Shown one piece after another: positions 25,901 to 38,590 of a stretch of 64,000 nt of DNA (the stretch's first letter is position 1; each line of letters begins with the position of its first letter). Source of the DNA: Harriotta raleighana. Its lineage: Eukaryota. Under the pieces are notes generated by a model. The model searched no databases, was not told where the DNA came from, and saw only the letters and a program-made list of their open reading frames with translations. The DNA is taken from positions 1,152,191 through 1,216,190 of the forward strand of contig JBNZDD010013683.1 of assembly GCA_050575255.1 (NCBI GenBank), given 5' to 3'. Both the position numbers and the translations under genes were made by a program.

Positions 25901-26543
25901 ACCAGAGATTTCACTGCAAACAACATTTCATCATTAAAAAAACAACAACACAATATCGCTGAAACAGGGAAAGTGCGGTTGAGGTAAAAAACCAGGGCTG
26001 GACAAAAATAAAAGCTGCTTGAATAATAATAGCAGGGTTATGACAAGCAATTATTTTCTATCAATTGCTGAAGATTTGGAAGCGTCCAACCACTTCACGA
26101 AAGATGCCACTTCCCGGCTGCACAATGACATGTTGATGTCTTGCTGAATGAGCCTCAGCTCATGACAGATTATATTTTTCAGTTGGTAGGGATCCAAATT
26201 GCCCAGCTAACAACCTAAACACTGAAATTACATTTTGCCACTTTGTTGTGAAAACATCAGCAGTCAGCCATAAAGAGGATCTCAATGGTTGGGTCACCGT
26301 GTGTGCTGCTGTATGCACTCAGTCTTGTGTACCAGCAGATTTGATTGCTAAATGATCGGTCCATTATTTAAGTCAACTGAATGCATTTTCAAAGCTGTGG
26401 TTCCCAAAAAAAGCTTGGCAATTTCACGAAATGTGACTCACTGTCACTTGTATGGAGCCATCTGAACTCAGATCAAACGATGAAACTCTGGATTAATTTG
26501 TGGGAAACAATGCTGATAATTGCAAAGTGCGGATTGGAATAGA

Positions 26544-26853
26544 GTGGAGTCCTGTAGCTCAGTGGTTGGAGCACTCGCCTTGCAAGTGAGAGACCTGGGT
26601 TCAATTCCAGGCAGGGCGAAACCTTGGGCAAGTTTCCTTACTCCACAAGCCTAATAGTAATCCCTCAAAAAAAAAAAAAATTGGTCACTTCAATCCACGA
26701 CTGTTTGTGGGACACTGCTGGGCACAATTGGCTGCCACATTTCACCCACAAATATACAGTCAATTCACTTTACAGTATATTTTGTGAATGGCTTTGAGAT
26801 ATCTAGAAGATGTGAAAAGTGGTATATTAAAAGCAAGGATTATTTTTATTATT
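26544..26853 (+). mobile_element. Full-length tRNA-derived SINE
   Basis: gtggagtcctgtagctcagtggttggagc...gggttcaattcc head, body and tail as in the other copies. Confidence 0.95.
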
Positions 26854-27595
26854 AAACCAACACTGGAATCCTTATGATCCCCAATTAATTGCAGCAATAT
26901 TGGTTTAGGTACACACTGAGCAGAAATAATCTTCCAGAACACCAGAGTCAAAACTGCAAGATTCATAAAAGGATCTGTATCTAGCCAATCCCAGTTGTGT
27001 TATAACTACACCTCCAGAACCTTAGTATGCTATGAATCGGAAGCACCATTGCTGAAATCTACTGTATAAAATGGTTGACAAGGATTCATAGCAACTCCAA
27101 ACTGGGAAAACTAGAAAGATGTTTAAGCTACATGAGGCATTACATAGAGGATGTCGACACAATAAAGCAATGTTTTTGTTACATACAGACTGGTGGACTG
27201 CAACATGAAAGAAGCTCAAGAAACCATCAGTTCTGTAGTGGGCATAGAGCAGAAATGGATCAGGTGGAATGCTCTGATGTGCTAGCTACCGATCACAGAA
27301 CGTTTATATGAATGCCATTGTGAAAATGACAGCTGACGTTTTTCTGACAATTCCTCTCCAAAAAGATTTTCTGTCTCTCCAAGTGACTCCAATCCTTCAA
27401 TAGACAACATTTTGAAATTTCTTCCTCAGATGCGGCAGAAACAGTTAAAATGGGGCAGAAGCTGAAAAGCTATGCAAACAACATTAGATAATACTGTTGT
27501 TGTGTACAATAACAGCGATTACCGTTACAGATTCAATGCCGAAGGGGCCTTGAAATCAGTTACTCTAACAGACCAAACGATGTGCAGCTTCAGAA

Positions 27596-27712
27596 GTAAT
27601 AATAATAATAATAATTCTTACATTTGATATAATGCCTTATCACCTCTTTGAGATGTCTCAAAACGCTTCACAGTATATCAAATGTAAAGTGAATTGACTG
27701 AATATTTGTTGG
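27596..27712 (-). mobile_element. SINE 3' part
   Basis: (TAA)n followed by tcttacatttgatata...tctcaaaacgcttcacag...aagtgaattgactg. Confidence 0.8.
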
Positions 27713-29798
27713 GGGCTAACGAAAAGAAAGCGATGTAGGTACACAGGTGATAAATTGCATTTGAAGCTGCCTAAACATCTTCGGAGACTGCAGAATTAAC
27801 AAACTTCTTCATCTCCACTCCTAAATGAGTGCATAGAGGGTCATCTGAAACCATGATTATCCAGAGTGATCATGAACAGGAAACAGCATTTATATTTCCC
27901 TCATGTTTTTAACTGTGTTAAAGTTTTTAATGTCTCTGAAATGTCATTAAACAGCTAAGTGTGCGACTTGTTGGAACTCACATACAAAACATTTAATCCT
28001 GGAAAGCAACAATGGTACTCTGTGAAAAAGCACTTGATCTTCTTTCCAACATCAGACATTTGCAGAACATTCGCCCAGGAAAAAAGGTACTGAAGAAAGA
28101 AATCTTTCCATTGAAAAGCATCAGCTTGTTTTACTTACCCCCTTTAAATATTGCACCTTCCTACCCCTCAGAGAAGAGAACACATATATATTTAAATCCC
28201 TTCAAAGCTGAGCATTATTTTTTTTTGCAAAATACACTGACAGCTTCTCAAAAGATAACACACTCCTAAATGCAATAGAATAGTTTAGTGTTCCCAGACT
28301 GAAAGTGAAGGTCAGAATATTAAGGCTATGACTGATTTGCCTGTTCTTCTCAGTTGATAGGTAGGCTTTCAGTCCTAATGAAGTAGTTGCCCAAAGGGAA
28401 TAGCTGTGCAGTACAGATTGTACATTCATGCCTTGCGTCTCTCAATTTAAATTATTTCTGAATTACTTTTGTCGTCAATTTCTCGGCCTCACCTTCAATT
28501 TGACACAGTGGATGCACTCTGTACAGTAATTAAACAACTTACTGCGCCGCAATATGGTAAGATTTCCCTCCTCCCGTTTCGTTCCTGATCAAAAAACATC
28601 ACACACTCGGTTTTTTTTACTATAAAAATGTCTCTGTCCTATGGCCTCTTTTGGCGTTGCAGAGTCAGGATATCATCATCGTTTCACTCAAAGAACCGAG
28701 TCATTAAATTAGCATTTGCAGTATGAGCCTTTCGCAACCTTTTTGGCTAGGCAGGATAAAGTGGAAACGGAATGGAACATGTGAGTTTACAAATGTGGCT
28801 TTGTTGAAATGGAACGGAGCCAACTAAAAGAATTGCAGAGCTTCGCAAAACAGGATCAGTTACTTCAAAAGAGGCAAAATCAACCTTAAATCAAAATGCT
28901 CTGGTTTACCGCAAATATCTAAACAGGCTCATTGACCCGCTGAGGCAAACTCAACACAGGCTGTCCTGTGGCTCAGGCTCATTTGCGTTTATCTTCATCA
29001 AATCAGTATCGTGGGTCACTCGGCTCTTGTGCCTTATGAAAATGGTTTTAGAATTAATGCACAAACCACGATCCTGGAGTTTGGCCAATGAGACCACAAA
29101 GAGAAAACATTGATGTGCACCATTGCAACGAAGGAGGTACAGGGTCAGTTCAGACTCCATACAAAATTCCTTTTGGCTTGTTCAATGGACCACTTCAAAC
29201 ATAGTTAAATAGCTAGTTGCACCCCAACATTAAAATCGAATCACAAAACTCTCTTCAGCCACAGGCAATGGGATTCTGCTGGAAGACTTATTCTTTGATG
29301 GTTGAGTGCACTTTCTAGTCCACAGTGTAAGTTCTTATAAAGGAGTAAATGCAGTGTATGTTCCCATTTTCTGATCACGTGTCAAAAGGTGCTTCTGCCA
29401 AAAACACGGCATGAGAACAATAAATCATTAAGTAGGAATAAAGTACAGTAACTTGTTTTGGTTATTTACCTGCCATGATTTTTCCAGATTTAACTTAGTT
29501 TTATGTTTGCACCAACCGGGTGAATAATAAATTTTGTGATAAATGGTCCACTTATTACTGACTGATATATATTTAGTTTAACATTCATACAACAAAGTTC
29601 ATTTGTTGTTATTACAGTACACTTAACTCAAAGTATTTCACCACAATGACAATATCAAACTTCATAAGGAGCCAAAAAGAATCCTTTACTTGAATGTGGT
29701 GCTAAAAATAAATATTTTACTGTTTAGTTCCCCTTCAAATCATGCATTAGCCTTTTTGGTAGTAGACTGGTATATTCCGATAACCTGGCTGATAAGCA

Positions 29799-30082
29799 GG
29801 AGTAATGTAGCTCAGTGATTAGAGCACTCGCCTCACAAGCGAAAGACTTGGGTCCAATTCCAGGCAGGTTGAAACCTTAGGCAAGTTTCCTTACCTTTCC
29901 TAATCCCAGAAAAAAACAATAATAATGTGATCACTCAATCCACGACTGTTTGTGGGACCCAATTGATTGCCATGTTTCGCCCCAAAATATAGTCAATTCA
30001 CTTTACAGTGCATTCCGTGAAGCGCTTTGAGACATCTAGAAGACGTGAAAAGCACTATATCAAATGTAAAGATTATTATTAT
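29799..30082 (+). mobile_element. Full-length tRNA-derived SINE (small internal deletions)
   Basis: tgtagctcagtgattagagcactcgcctcacaagcg head; body and (TTA)n tail present. Confidence 0.92.
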
Positions 30083-30610
30083 CACGTACATTTGATATTG
30101 AATCAATAAAATACAGACAGACTAGGCTTCAAAAATAGGAAATATGCCTCAAGAATTCCTTTTAACCATTAATGTCAAAAGACAATGATTCTTTTTCAGT
30201 GTCTGATTGTAGCTTGTGAATTATCTTCACAATGTGGCTCCTCCAAAACAGGACCACAAGTTTGTAAATTAGGCTTCAGTGATGACTCAACCTTTTTGGC
30301 ATATCTGAGACATGTAATAAATAATGGTTTCACCTTTGCCAAGAGAACACAATGCACCAGCTCAAATGGCAGCACGTCTATTATAAAACAGCTCCATAAG
30401 ATCACCAATAGATTCTCCATAATTAGGTACTAAATTAGGAAAAACAAATCCAGTGGCTAAACACAATCATTCTTGCCTCTTTTGAAACTGAGGCAATTTG
30501 CAACCTCCTACGTAGTGTCAGAACTATGTTACATAATCACTGGAAAAAAAAGACCATCTTCTTGAAGGAAAAGACTTGCAAGCTCAATGGAGACATGTAT
30601 TGTGTCTCCA

Positions 30611-30696
30611 TTGGCGAAAGTGTACACATTTGTGACCCCCCTTTGGCGAAAGTGTACACATTTGTGACCCCCCTTTGGGGAAAGTGTACACATTTG
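30611..30696. repeat. 32-bp tandem repeat, ~2.7 copies
   Basis: ttggcgaaagtgtacacatttgtgacccccct at 30611 and 30643, partial copy at 30675. Confidence 0.9.
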
Positions 30697-31929
30697 GTGA
30701 AGGAACAATTGGGCCAGGGTATGATTTCATGTGCCTCAATGTCACACAACCCATAACATTGACAAATCACCTGCGGAGCCAGTGCGAGTCTGCCTTTTCA
30801 GGAGAGAAAATAAAATAACATTCAGTATTTCCTCCTCCCCCCACTGCCTAACTCCCATTCTTCAAGATGTGAACTAGGTACCCCTCCCCTTCTCATCCAC
30901 AAAGTTTGTTTTTAAAGCAATAAGCAAAGAAAAGCAGCTGACAAATAAATTATTTGCATTGGCAATAAATCTGAATTCCCTTCTCTATAAAAATTAAGAT
31001 ATAACTCAGTTACTTGTATATCTAAATCCATATATATTATACCTGGCATGACACTGCAAACAATTTCACAGATTACATCGTTAATCAGGCCGTCAAATAA
31101 GGGCACAGAGCACATTTCTTTCCATGGCCTTGTCAACTGAACAGTGAGGCCTTTGAAAGGCAATAGTCAGAGAAAGGCTGAGCTGTTGGAAAATGCTGTG
31201 CTCAGCACTGGTCTCTGACATAAGATGCCATTCACACTAAACGTTATATAATGTGACACAGAAAGGGTTTGGATTAACATTTGAGAAACAGCCTGAGTCT
31301 GCTTATTTGTCCCAAATCTATTGCTCTTTGCCTTCAGTGGCACTGAAGTCAAAAAGACAAATGTCAAAGCACAAAGTTAACAAGATACCTTCTTTGTGAG
31401 CTTTCCAATATGACAAAATGGATTTAGAAGCGGTGTATTGCAGGATGAAACAATGATGGTTTACTAATCCTTTGACAGACCAAAGCTTGAATTAATCTAG
31501 AAGGGTGATGACTGTATTCTTTATAGCATGGGGCTGCTGGGTGATGCAGATTTCATTTATAAAAAATTCTGAAGGTTAATTTTTTTTATTATTGTACCAT
31601 AAATTTACTAGGAACCTCTATGAAATCGTGCACATTTTTTTGCGGTGGGTGTGTGGTGGTGGGGGCTTCAAGTGATGTCTTGAGACTTCCACCCAACGTG
31701 AAAGGGGCTATTTTAATGTCAATTATATTGTAAATCTACTTAATACCCCAAATTTGTGTTAATACTTTAACATTTGTGTTGCGCAATTTCTCTTAAGATT
31801 ATTAAAATTAAAACATAAACCAAATGATTGACAGATAATGTCCTACACAGAGCAACATGTTGGCTCATCAAGACATTTTTGATTTACGGGTGTTCTTTTC
31901 GGGCTTCTCTTGAAATTGACAGGATAGAA

Positions 31930-32652
31930 ATGTTTCTCATGAGTTTGGAAGTGGTGATTTGATTGAGATGGTTAAGATGATGTAGGGATTCGATAGGGTA
32001 GATACAGAAAAGCCATTTCCTCTAATGAAGGAATTCAAAACAAGGAGACATAGTCTTAAAATCAGAACCAGACTATTTAAGAGTGAAATCGGGAATATTT
32101 TTTCCACTCAAAGGGTTGGTAGAAATCTGGAATTTTTTCCCCCAAAAGGACATGGATGCTAGATCCATCCATACCTTCAAGAGTGATGTTGATAGATTTT
32201 TGGTAGGTCAGGATATAAAGGGATATGGGGAGAAAGCGGGAAATTGAAATGATTCATTAAGGTACAGATCAGACATGATTTAATTAAATGACAGAACAGG
32301 CTTGAAGGGTTGAATAGCTTACTCCTAATATAATAATAATACTTGCATTTGATATCGCGCTTTTCACGTCTTCTAGACGTCTCAAACTGCTTCACAGAAT
32401 ATACTGGAAAATGAATTGTATATTTGTGGATGAAATGCAGCAGCAATTGCACACAGCAGTGTCCCACAAACGGTCGTGGATTAAAATGACTAATTTATTA
32501 TCATTTTGGGGGGGAGGGTTTATCATTAGGCATGTGGAGTAAGGAAACTTGCCCAGGGTTTCACCCTGACCTACCTGGATTCGAAACACAGGTCTCATGC
32601 TTGTAAGGCAAGTGCTCTAACCACTGAACTACAGGACTCCTGTTCCTATGTC
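31930..32652 (+). mobile_element. CR1 LINE 3' end interrupted by a SINE
   Basis: gatttgattgagatggttaag...gatagggtagatacagaaaag...acaaggagacatagtcttaaaat...ttccactcaaagggt...tggaat (CR1 ORF2 C-terminus) and 3'UTR ending actcct|gttcctatg, split at 32327-32640. Confidence 0.85.
32327..32640 (-). mobile_element. Full-length tRNA-derived SINE inserted in CR1
   Basis: Reverse complement of the family consensus from (TAA)n to ...actacaggactcc. Confidence 0.95.
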
Positions 32653-35111
32653 ATGGTTTTAAATCCACGTGGAATGTGCTAATGGTTGCATTTATACATT
32701 TTTGACCTCACTTTTGTCGACGGTAAAGGGAGAAATCTGAAAAGTGGAGGTGTGGCCTCGATCGAAATTATGTATGAAGATGTTAACACAAGACGCTCTA
32801 TAATGAAGCGAATGCAAATGCACATGAACTCTCAAACAGGGTTTCAATGGGTCTAAAAATAGGCATCATTGACCTTGAAGAGATCGGCTTTTGATTAAAA
32901 CTGAAGTCATATACTGTGATGTAACCACTCTAAATTAGAGTTGCCTCAGTCATTTGGCTGGACTCACACCAACTAAATAAGAATCATCAACACATGGTAG
33001 TACATCAAGACTGAAAGGATGAGCTTTGCTGACACAATGTTTCACCAAGGTGAAATGCTTTCAAATAGTTGGGGAACTCACTGGAAAATGTGGAAATCCA
33101 AACTTTGTGGGGAGGAAGGCAACTCTTAAATAATTAAATGGAACGTATGTCTGGAAGTAAATATTGCGCTGAGAATTGGGGAGAATTCTTTCATTGCTTT
33201 AGAACTGCTTGACGTGCACTCATTTTGGCTTGTTGGCAACACTTTGCAGGCACAGCTTACACCAGCTTCAGACTGCACCATCCTGCATCTCTTCTGGAAC
33301 AGCCTGAAGTGATGACATTTAAAAGAGTTCAAAACTCGCCAGGCGCTGCTATTTTCCATGCTCTGAAAACTCTGCTCTTTTTAAATATAAGAATATGCAA
33401 AATCATGGAAGGATACTGACAGCACTTTGCCATATGTAAGGATTAATTATTATACTAAGTGAGCTACAAAATGTCTGCACAGGCCAATGAGAAGAAATAA
33501 AGCATCTAAAAATGTTCGACTCTTCCCTCACTTGTTTGTGCCAAACTCGGCATTTATACAAATTTACGCATGAAAATAAATTCCTCATTTTATGAAGAAA
33601 ATATAATGCATATTTCCTTTGACTGAAAGTAACACAGTTATTGCAGCGCAGTTCAATTTCAAATCATATTTGCAATTCTTCACTCCAATAGGATATACTA
33701 CAATATCTGACATATTTTGATTAGTATTTTAAACATTACCTAGAATATTCCCCAGAACTATATTACAGATCTGAAGACAGACAGTAAGTAAATCAATCAA
33801 ACATAAATTGGATTCGCACATTTTCTCACTGGGTTATCAACAGACTTAACTCCCTGACCACTGCAATCATCACATTTGCACTCCGCATGACCCTCACAAA
33901 ACCAGGATGTGATAAACAGTACTCATGTACCCAGCTCTGTACCACAAAACAGTATACACACTGCAATATTTTACAATCTGTTATCAATTGCATGGAATTG
34001 AACTCTTCAACCGAAGAATCTCCCATTGATCTCAACAACATATAAATGATTCTTTTGCACATTACAAACACCGCACTGGTTCCCAATCCTCCTTTAGTGC
34101 AGTTCACAATGAAAACAAGAGTAGTAGTACTCATTTATTATCGCCACTTAGCTACAAAGCAATTTCATATCCCAGAGATTCTCGAACTAGAAGTTGAAGA
34201 TTCCTAATTCCCCACACATTTCGCTATTGCTAGAATACAGGGACACATCACTGAAATGATGCTTCCAATTCCACAGCAAGATTGAGGCCCTTTCTAAAAT
34301 GTTGCACCATCCAAAATCACTGAGTCTGTGAATGCATATGCATTTTGAAGGATTTGTTTCATATTGAACTAGGGTGATGAGCAGTTCAGAGATAAATAAT
34401 CTCCTCAATTCAAGCCTAGAAATCATATTCCAAAAGAAGGTTCTTTCATCAGATACGGATGAAGAGATGAAGTCTGCACACCAACCTCAAGCCTGTTTCT
34501 CTCCTCTAAATAGAACAGTCAAATCATCAATTTATTATTAGTTGACCTTGGATATTTCCAATTCTGAGAAATGAGAGACGGAGCCCAGAGACTGAGAACT
34601 GAAAGACCGAGGAACAACAGAATTCATGGAATTATTGATGTTGTTCAACAAGTTCCTTGTGTATCAAGCGTTTAGTAGTGTTTAGCAGATGCAAGCAACT
34701 CCTGGCTGTCTACCATAAAGTAATATTTAGAATGAATTTGAAGGTGGGGGGGTGAGGAATGAATATTTAAGAAGTACAATTTTTTCATATAAAATTGACA
34801 AATAAGCATCTTTTTTTAAAAAAGAAAACAAATATTGACTTTGTAGGTTTGCGAGACCTTAGCTAAATGTCAACAACAAACAATATCATGCTATATATTG
34901 GACATGAATAGCAGGGCAATAAAATATATTCATAAAAAGATTAGAGGTTAATCTGCACATTCCAAATATTTATAGCCAAGGGAAAAATACTGTGACAAGA
35001 GGAACTGAATTAAAAAATAATCTTATTTTGAAACATATATTCTGAATAATTTCTTTCTAAAATGCTGTACAACTCATGCGGTGATCTGCTCACTCAACCA
35101 CAGAGGATTTA

Positions 35112-35220
35112 TAATAATAAAAATAATAATACTTAGAATTGATATGGTGCCCGAACACTTTATCTCAAAAGTGCTTCATTGAATATACTGTAAAATGTAT
35201 ATAATTTGTGGGCAAACCAC
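35112..35220 (-). mobile_element. Degraded SINE 3' tail
   Basis: taataat...ttgatatggtgc...tctcaaaagtgcttca...gaatatactgtaaa. Confidence 0.55.
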
Positions 35221-36353
35221 TTCCTGTGGGGTTAATCACAAATACATTGATGGAGAGTGCTAGACTCCAGCCATATCAACATCATCATTCATCAGTCAAC
35301 AACCAACACAGGACTCCTATAATGATGGTATGAATTCTCCTCCCACTCTCAATAAATAAATTCAAGAGTCCCAAACCAACATTCGTGCAAATATTGTACT
35401 TTAACGGCCTTCAGTACATAGAAATACACATCAGACAATGGAACCTCTGAAATTGGCTCAATTTGAATTATTTCTAATCCCCAATCTGTGGCACATCATT
35501 CTTTGCCAGTTAACTTTGGATGCAGCTAGCTAAGACTCTTAATATGCCAAACACATCTTCTTGCTCCAAATGTAAGCTACGATTAAGATAATACTGAAAA
35601 ATACCATAGATTAGCTCAGGTTGGCAGCACTGCAAGACTTTCTCTGCATATCCATCACTTTTTAAACACAGCGTGCACAGAAGAATTATCGTACAGTAAT
35701 GCTTTGCTATTCAGCGAGTTTTGTGGATCAGTTAGTGAAGAATTTAAGGGTAGCAAGACCAAAATGGGGGGGGGGGGTTGGCGGAAGAAAATAGGGGTGA
35801 CGAGAAAGAGCTGTACCCTTACATGTTACACAAATCAATATCAGGAATAGTTGTGAAAGATTCAAGGTCCCAGCCTACACTCTCCCAGGTGAAAAAGGAA
35901 GCACAGCATTGTTCGTACTCTACAGTACACGCAGTATGAACAATAACTTCAGAACTCCTACCGATCTGAGGTATTATGAGGTCAATTAATTCTTGATTGT
36001 ATTCAAGCTCTCATTGTGTAAGAGTCCACATTTCTTTGCGGGTTTATCAATTGACAAAAGATTCCTTCCATCCACAAACCCATTCTGTTTGGATTTACAA
36101 TGGCTAATGCCAGTAACCTATACAAGACCAAAGTAGATAGAGGGTGCTTGAACGTTGAGTGAAACGTTGAGTGAAACAAATACTGTTGTGTCATAATCGG
36201 CCCCCAATACAATGGAGAATGTGGCCGTCAATAACAGGAACATCATGAAGTATTAGAGAAAATAGATTATAACAGAAGAGCAACTAACTCTTCCGACAAT
36301 ATTGCTACCATAGAAATAAGCATCAAAGGTAACTTTCTTCCAATGTATCAAAA

Positions 36354-36774
36354 GTGGAGTCCTGCAGCTCAGTGGTTAGAGCACTCGCCTTACAAGCATG
36401 AGACTTGTGTTTCAAATCCAGGCAGATCTAGACCTTGAATCTTTCACAACTATTCCTGATATTGATTTGTGAAACATTTAAGGGTAAAGCTCTTCCTCGT
36501 CACCCCTATTTTCTTCCACCAACCCCCCCCCATTTCCCCCTTGGGGAAGTTTCCTTACTCCACATGCCTAATAATAATCTCTTCAAAAAAGACTCAATAA
36601 TAAAATTGGTCATTTTAATCCACGACTGTTTGTGGGACACTGCTGTGCACAATTGGCTGCCGAGTTTCACCCACTTATACACAGTCAATTCACTTTACAG
36701 TATATTCTGTGAAGTGCTTTGAGATGTCTAGAAGACGTGAAAAGCGCTATGTCAAATGCAAGGATTATTATTAT
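36354..36774 (+). mobile_element. tRNA-derived SINE carrying a ~106-bp internal insertion
   Basis: Head 36354-36437, unrelated sequence 36438-36538, then the consensus resumes at ccttggggaagtttccttactcc. Confidence 0.92.
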
Positions 36775-37589
36775 AAAAGGTGTTGATAAAAAATTGGGGG
36801 TGAGAAAATGCACCCCCGGTACAACAGACACCGCAATTTTATTTTATTATTATAAAATATTATTTTATTCAGAATAAAATGTGTGGACTTCATTCCAATC
36901 CTCACAGCATTCCTCAATGTTCACTGCAAACCCAGACCATATCTGGGAAACAGCAAAATCATACTCTGAATCTGACCTTTCGCAACCCCGGGGGATCCTA
37001 CATGACAAGCTCAACATGAATATTGATATCCACATCACAGATTTGACCACCAGTGTAATACATGTCAATCAATCGAACCAGTAACTTCAGTAGGGTATTG
37101 ATAACTGATGTGTATCTGGAATGGTTGTACCAATTAACAAGACTGCAGCAAACACATAATATTATGAGGATAAGGTTCCTCTGAATTATGCTATTGATCA
37201 CTGTACAGTATTAATTGGCACAGTCTGTTCTAGGTGGCTGTTTGATCTAGTTGGTTACTGGCGAGCTGTCATCAATTTCCAAAGAAATGCTTTGTTCAAA
37301 CAGATAGGCCTGAAAATCCAACCTTTAAAACAAGTTGTTTCAGAATACTTCAAACAGTTCCCAAACTGCAATTTATATATATATTTTAAAAAGCCTTGTT
37401 TGGAGACCCCTCCAGGGTAAGTTTCAGTGAAAGTCTTCACTGCATTAACCTCCTTGTGCAGTTTTTATTCATAACTGGAACACAGTTATATACAGCTAGC
37501 AGACACTCGATGATCTTAAACCACTTTGAGAGTTTCAGAAGCATGTTGCGAGCAGATTGTTTACATTTTCATCACTGGAGCTGTGAGTC

Positions 37590-38590
37590 GCAAGCAAGAT
37601 GGAGGAGGGACAATTCCATAGAGAAGTGATACCAGCGAAGGAAAAATTACTTAGCTGTGAATAAGCTGCAGCATGTACAGTGCTTCTGTCTTACCACAGG
37701 TGACCTGTGACATCTGCCACATGCTGAATAAATACCATGAATTCCCCTTTTCCCAAATGTGACAGCAATGCCAGTTGCAGTGAAGGTAACTGCATTAATC
37801 ACTTCTTATGCAACAGGTTCCTTCCAGGCACCCAGAAGGGATTGTACTGGCAAGGTACAGACCATAATGTCAAATTGCATTCAGGGGTAATAAATACTCT
37901 GTACCTGAAGAGAGAAGGATTCATTTATTTTCCAAATCCCCAGGATGAGCAAGTGGCCTTTCAGCAACAATTTTATGCAACTGCTGGTTTTCCACAGACA
38001 TCGAAAGTGGAAAATGTCAGGCTCTCCACTACATGGGTGTCTGGTATGGCTCCTTAGATAACACGAAAGGGTCTCATTCCGTGAACATAAAGACATATAC
38101 AGGAGGAAGATGAGCTGTTGCAGGGAAGACAAACTACTCTAACGGCTGACATGTCTAACGATCCGGTCATGTGTTGTTAATCTGCATTACCTCGTCTATT
38201 TAAACCCTGAAACTGACTGAATGGCTGGGTCCCAAGGAACATAGCCATGGTCGCACAGGCAACAAACACTGCACAACCTTCAAAAGCATAAAAATGCAAG
38301 TACAAGGTACAAAGAGCAAGTAATGACACCACAGAGCGTACGTTTAGTAGTCTCAAAAATGCTTCACATGGTAGAGTGCTCCAGAGGTAACCTTAAATAT
38401 GTTCCAAGCCATGTCTTTTTTTATATATTTGCTCCATGCTCAATAAATTGGCCATTAAGGGGCATCAATACCAGAAGAGACTGAAACCATGGCATAGAAG
38501 ACATCATGCTCCAGCAGCTTGAACAAGGTGAAGATGCTCTGGCAGTGGAGAGGGAAATGAGAGCGAATTTAACAGAGGAACATTTCACCA
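37590..38590 (+). pseudogene. Near full-length Harbinger (PIF/HARBI1-like) transposase fossil
   Basis: Collinear motifs across frameshifts: YQRRKNYL, DICHML, MPVAVKVTALITSYATGSFQ, FIYFP...QQQFYATAGFPQ, NTKGSHSVNI, SALPRLF, ERTFSSLK, ICSMLNKLAI, REMRANLTEEHF. Stops and frameshifts throughout. Confidence 0.8.

Noticed and set aside
30611-30696. CRISPR-like array (32-bp partly palindromic repeat)
   Set aside because: Units are directly adjacent with no unique spacers, there are no cas genes, and the context is a vertebrate-type genome.
32700-34440. Possible ancient LINE or DNA-transposon coding remnants (e.g. KEFSPILSAIF, RSMGDSS)
   Set aside because: Isolated short motif resemblances only; would need an HMM search.
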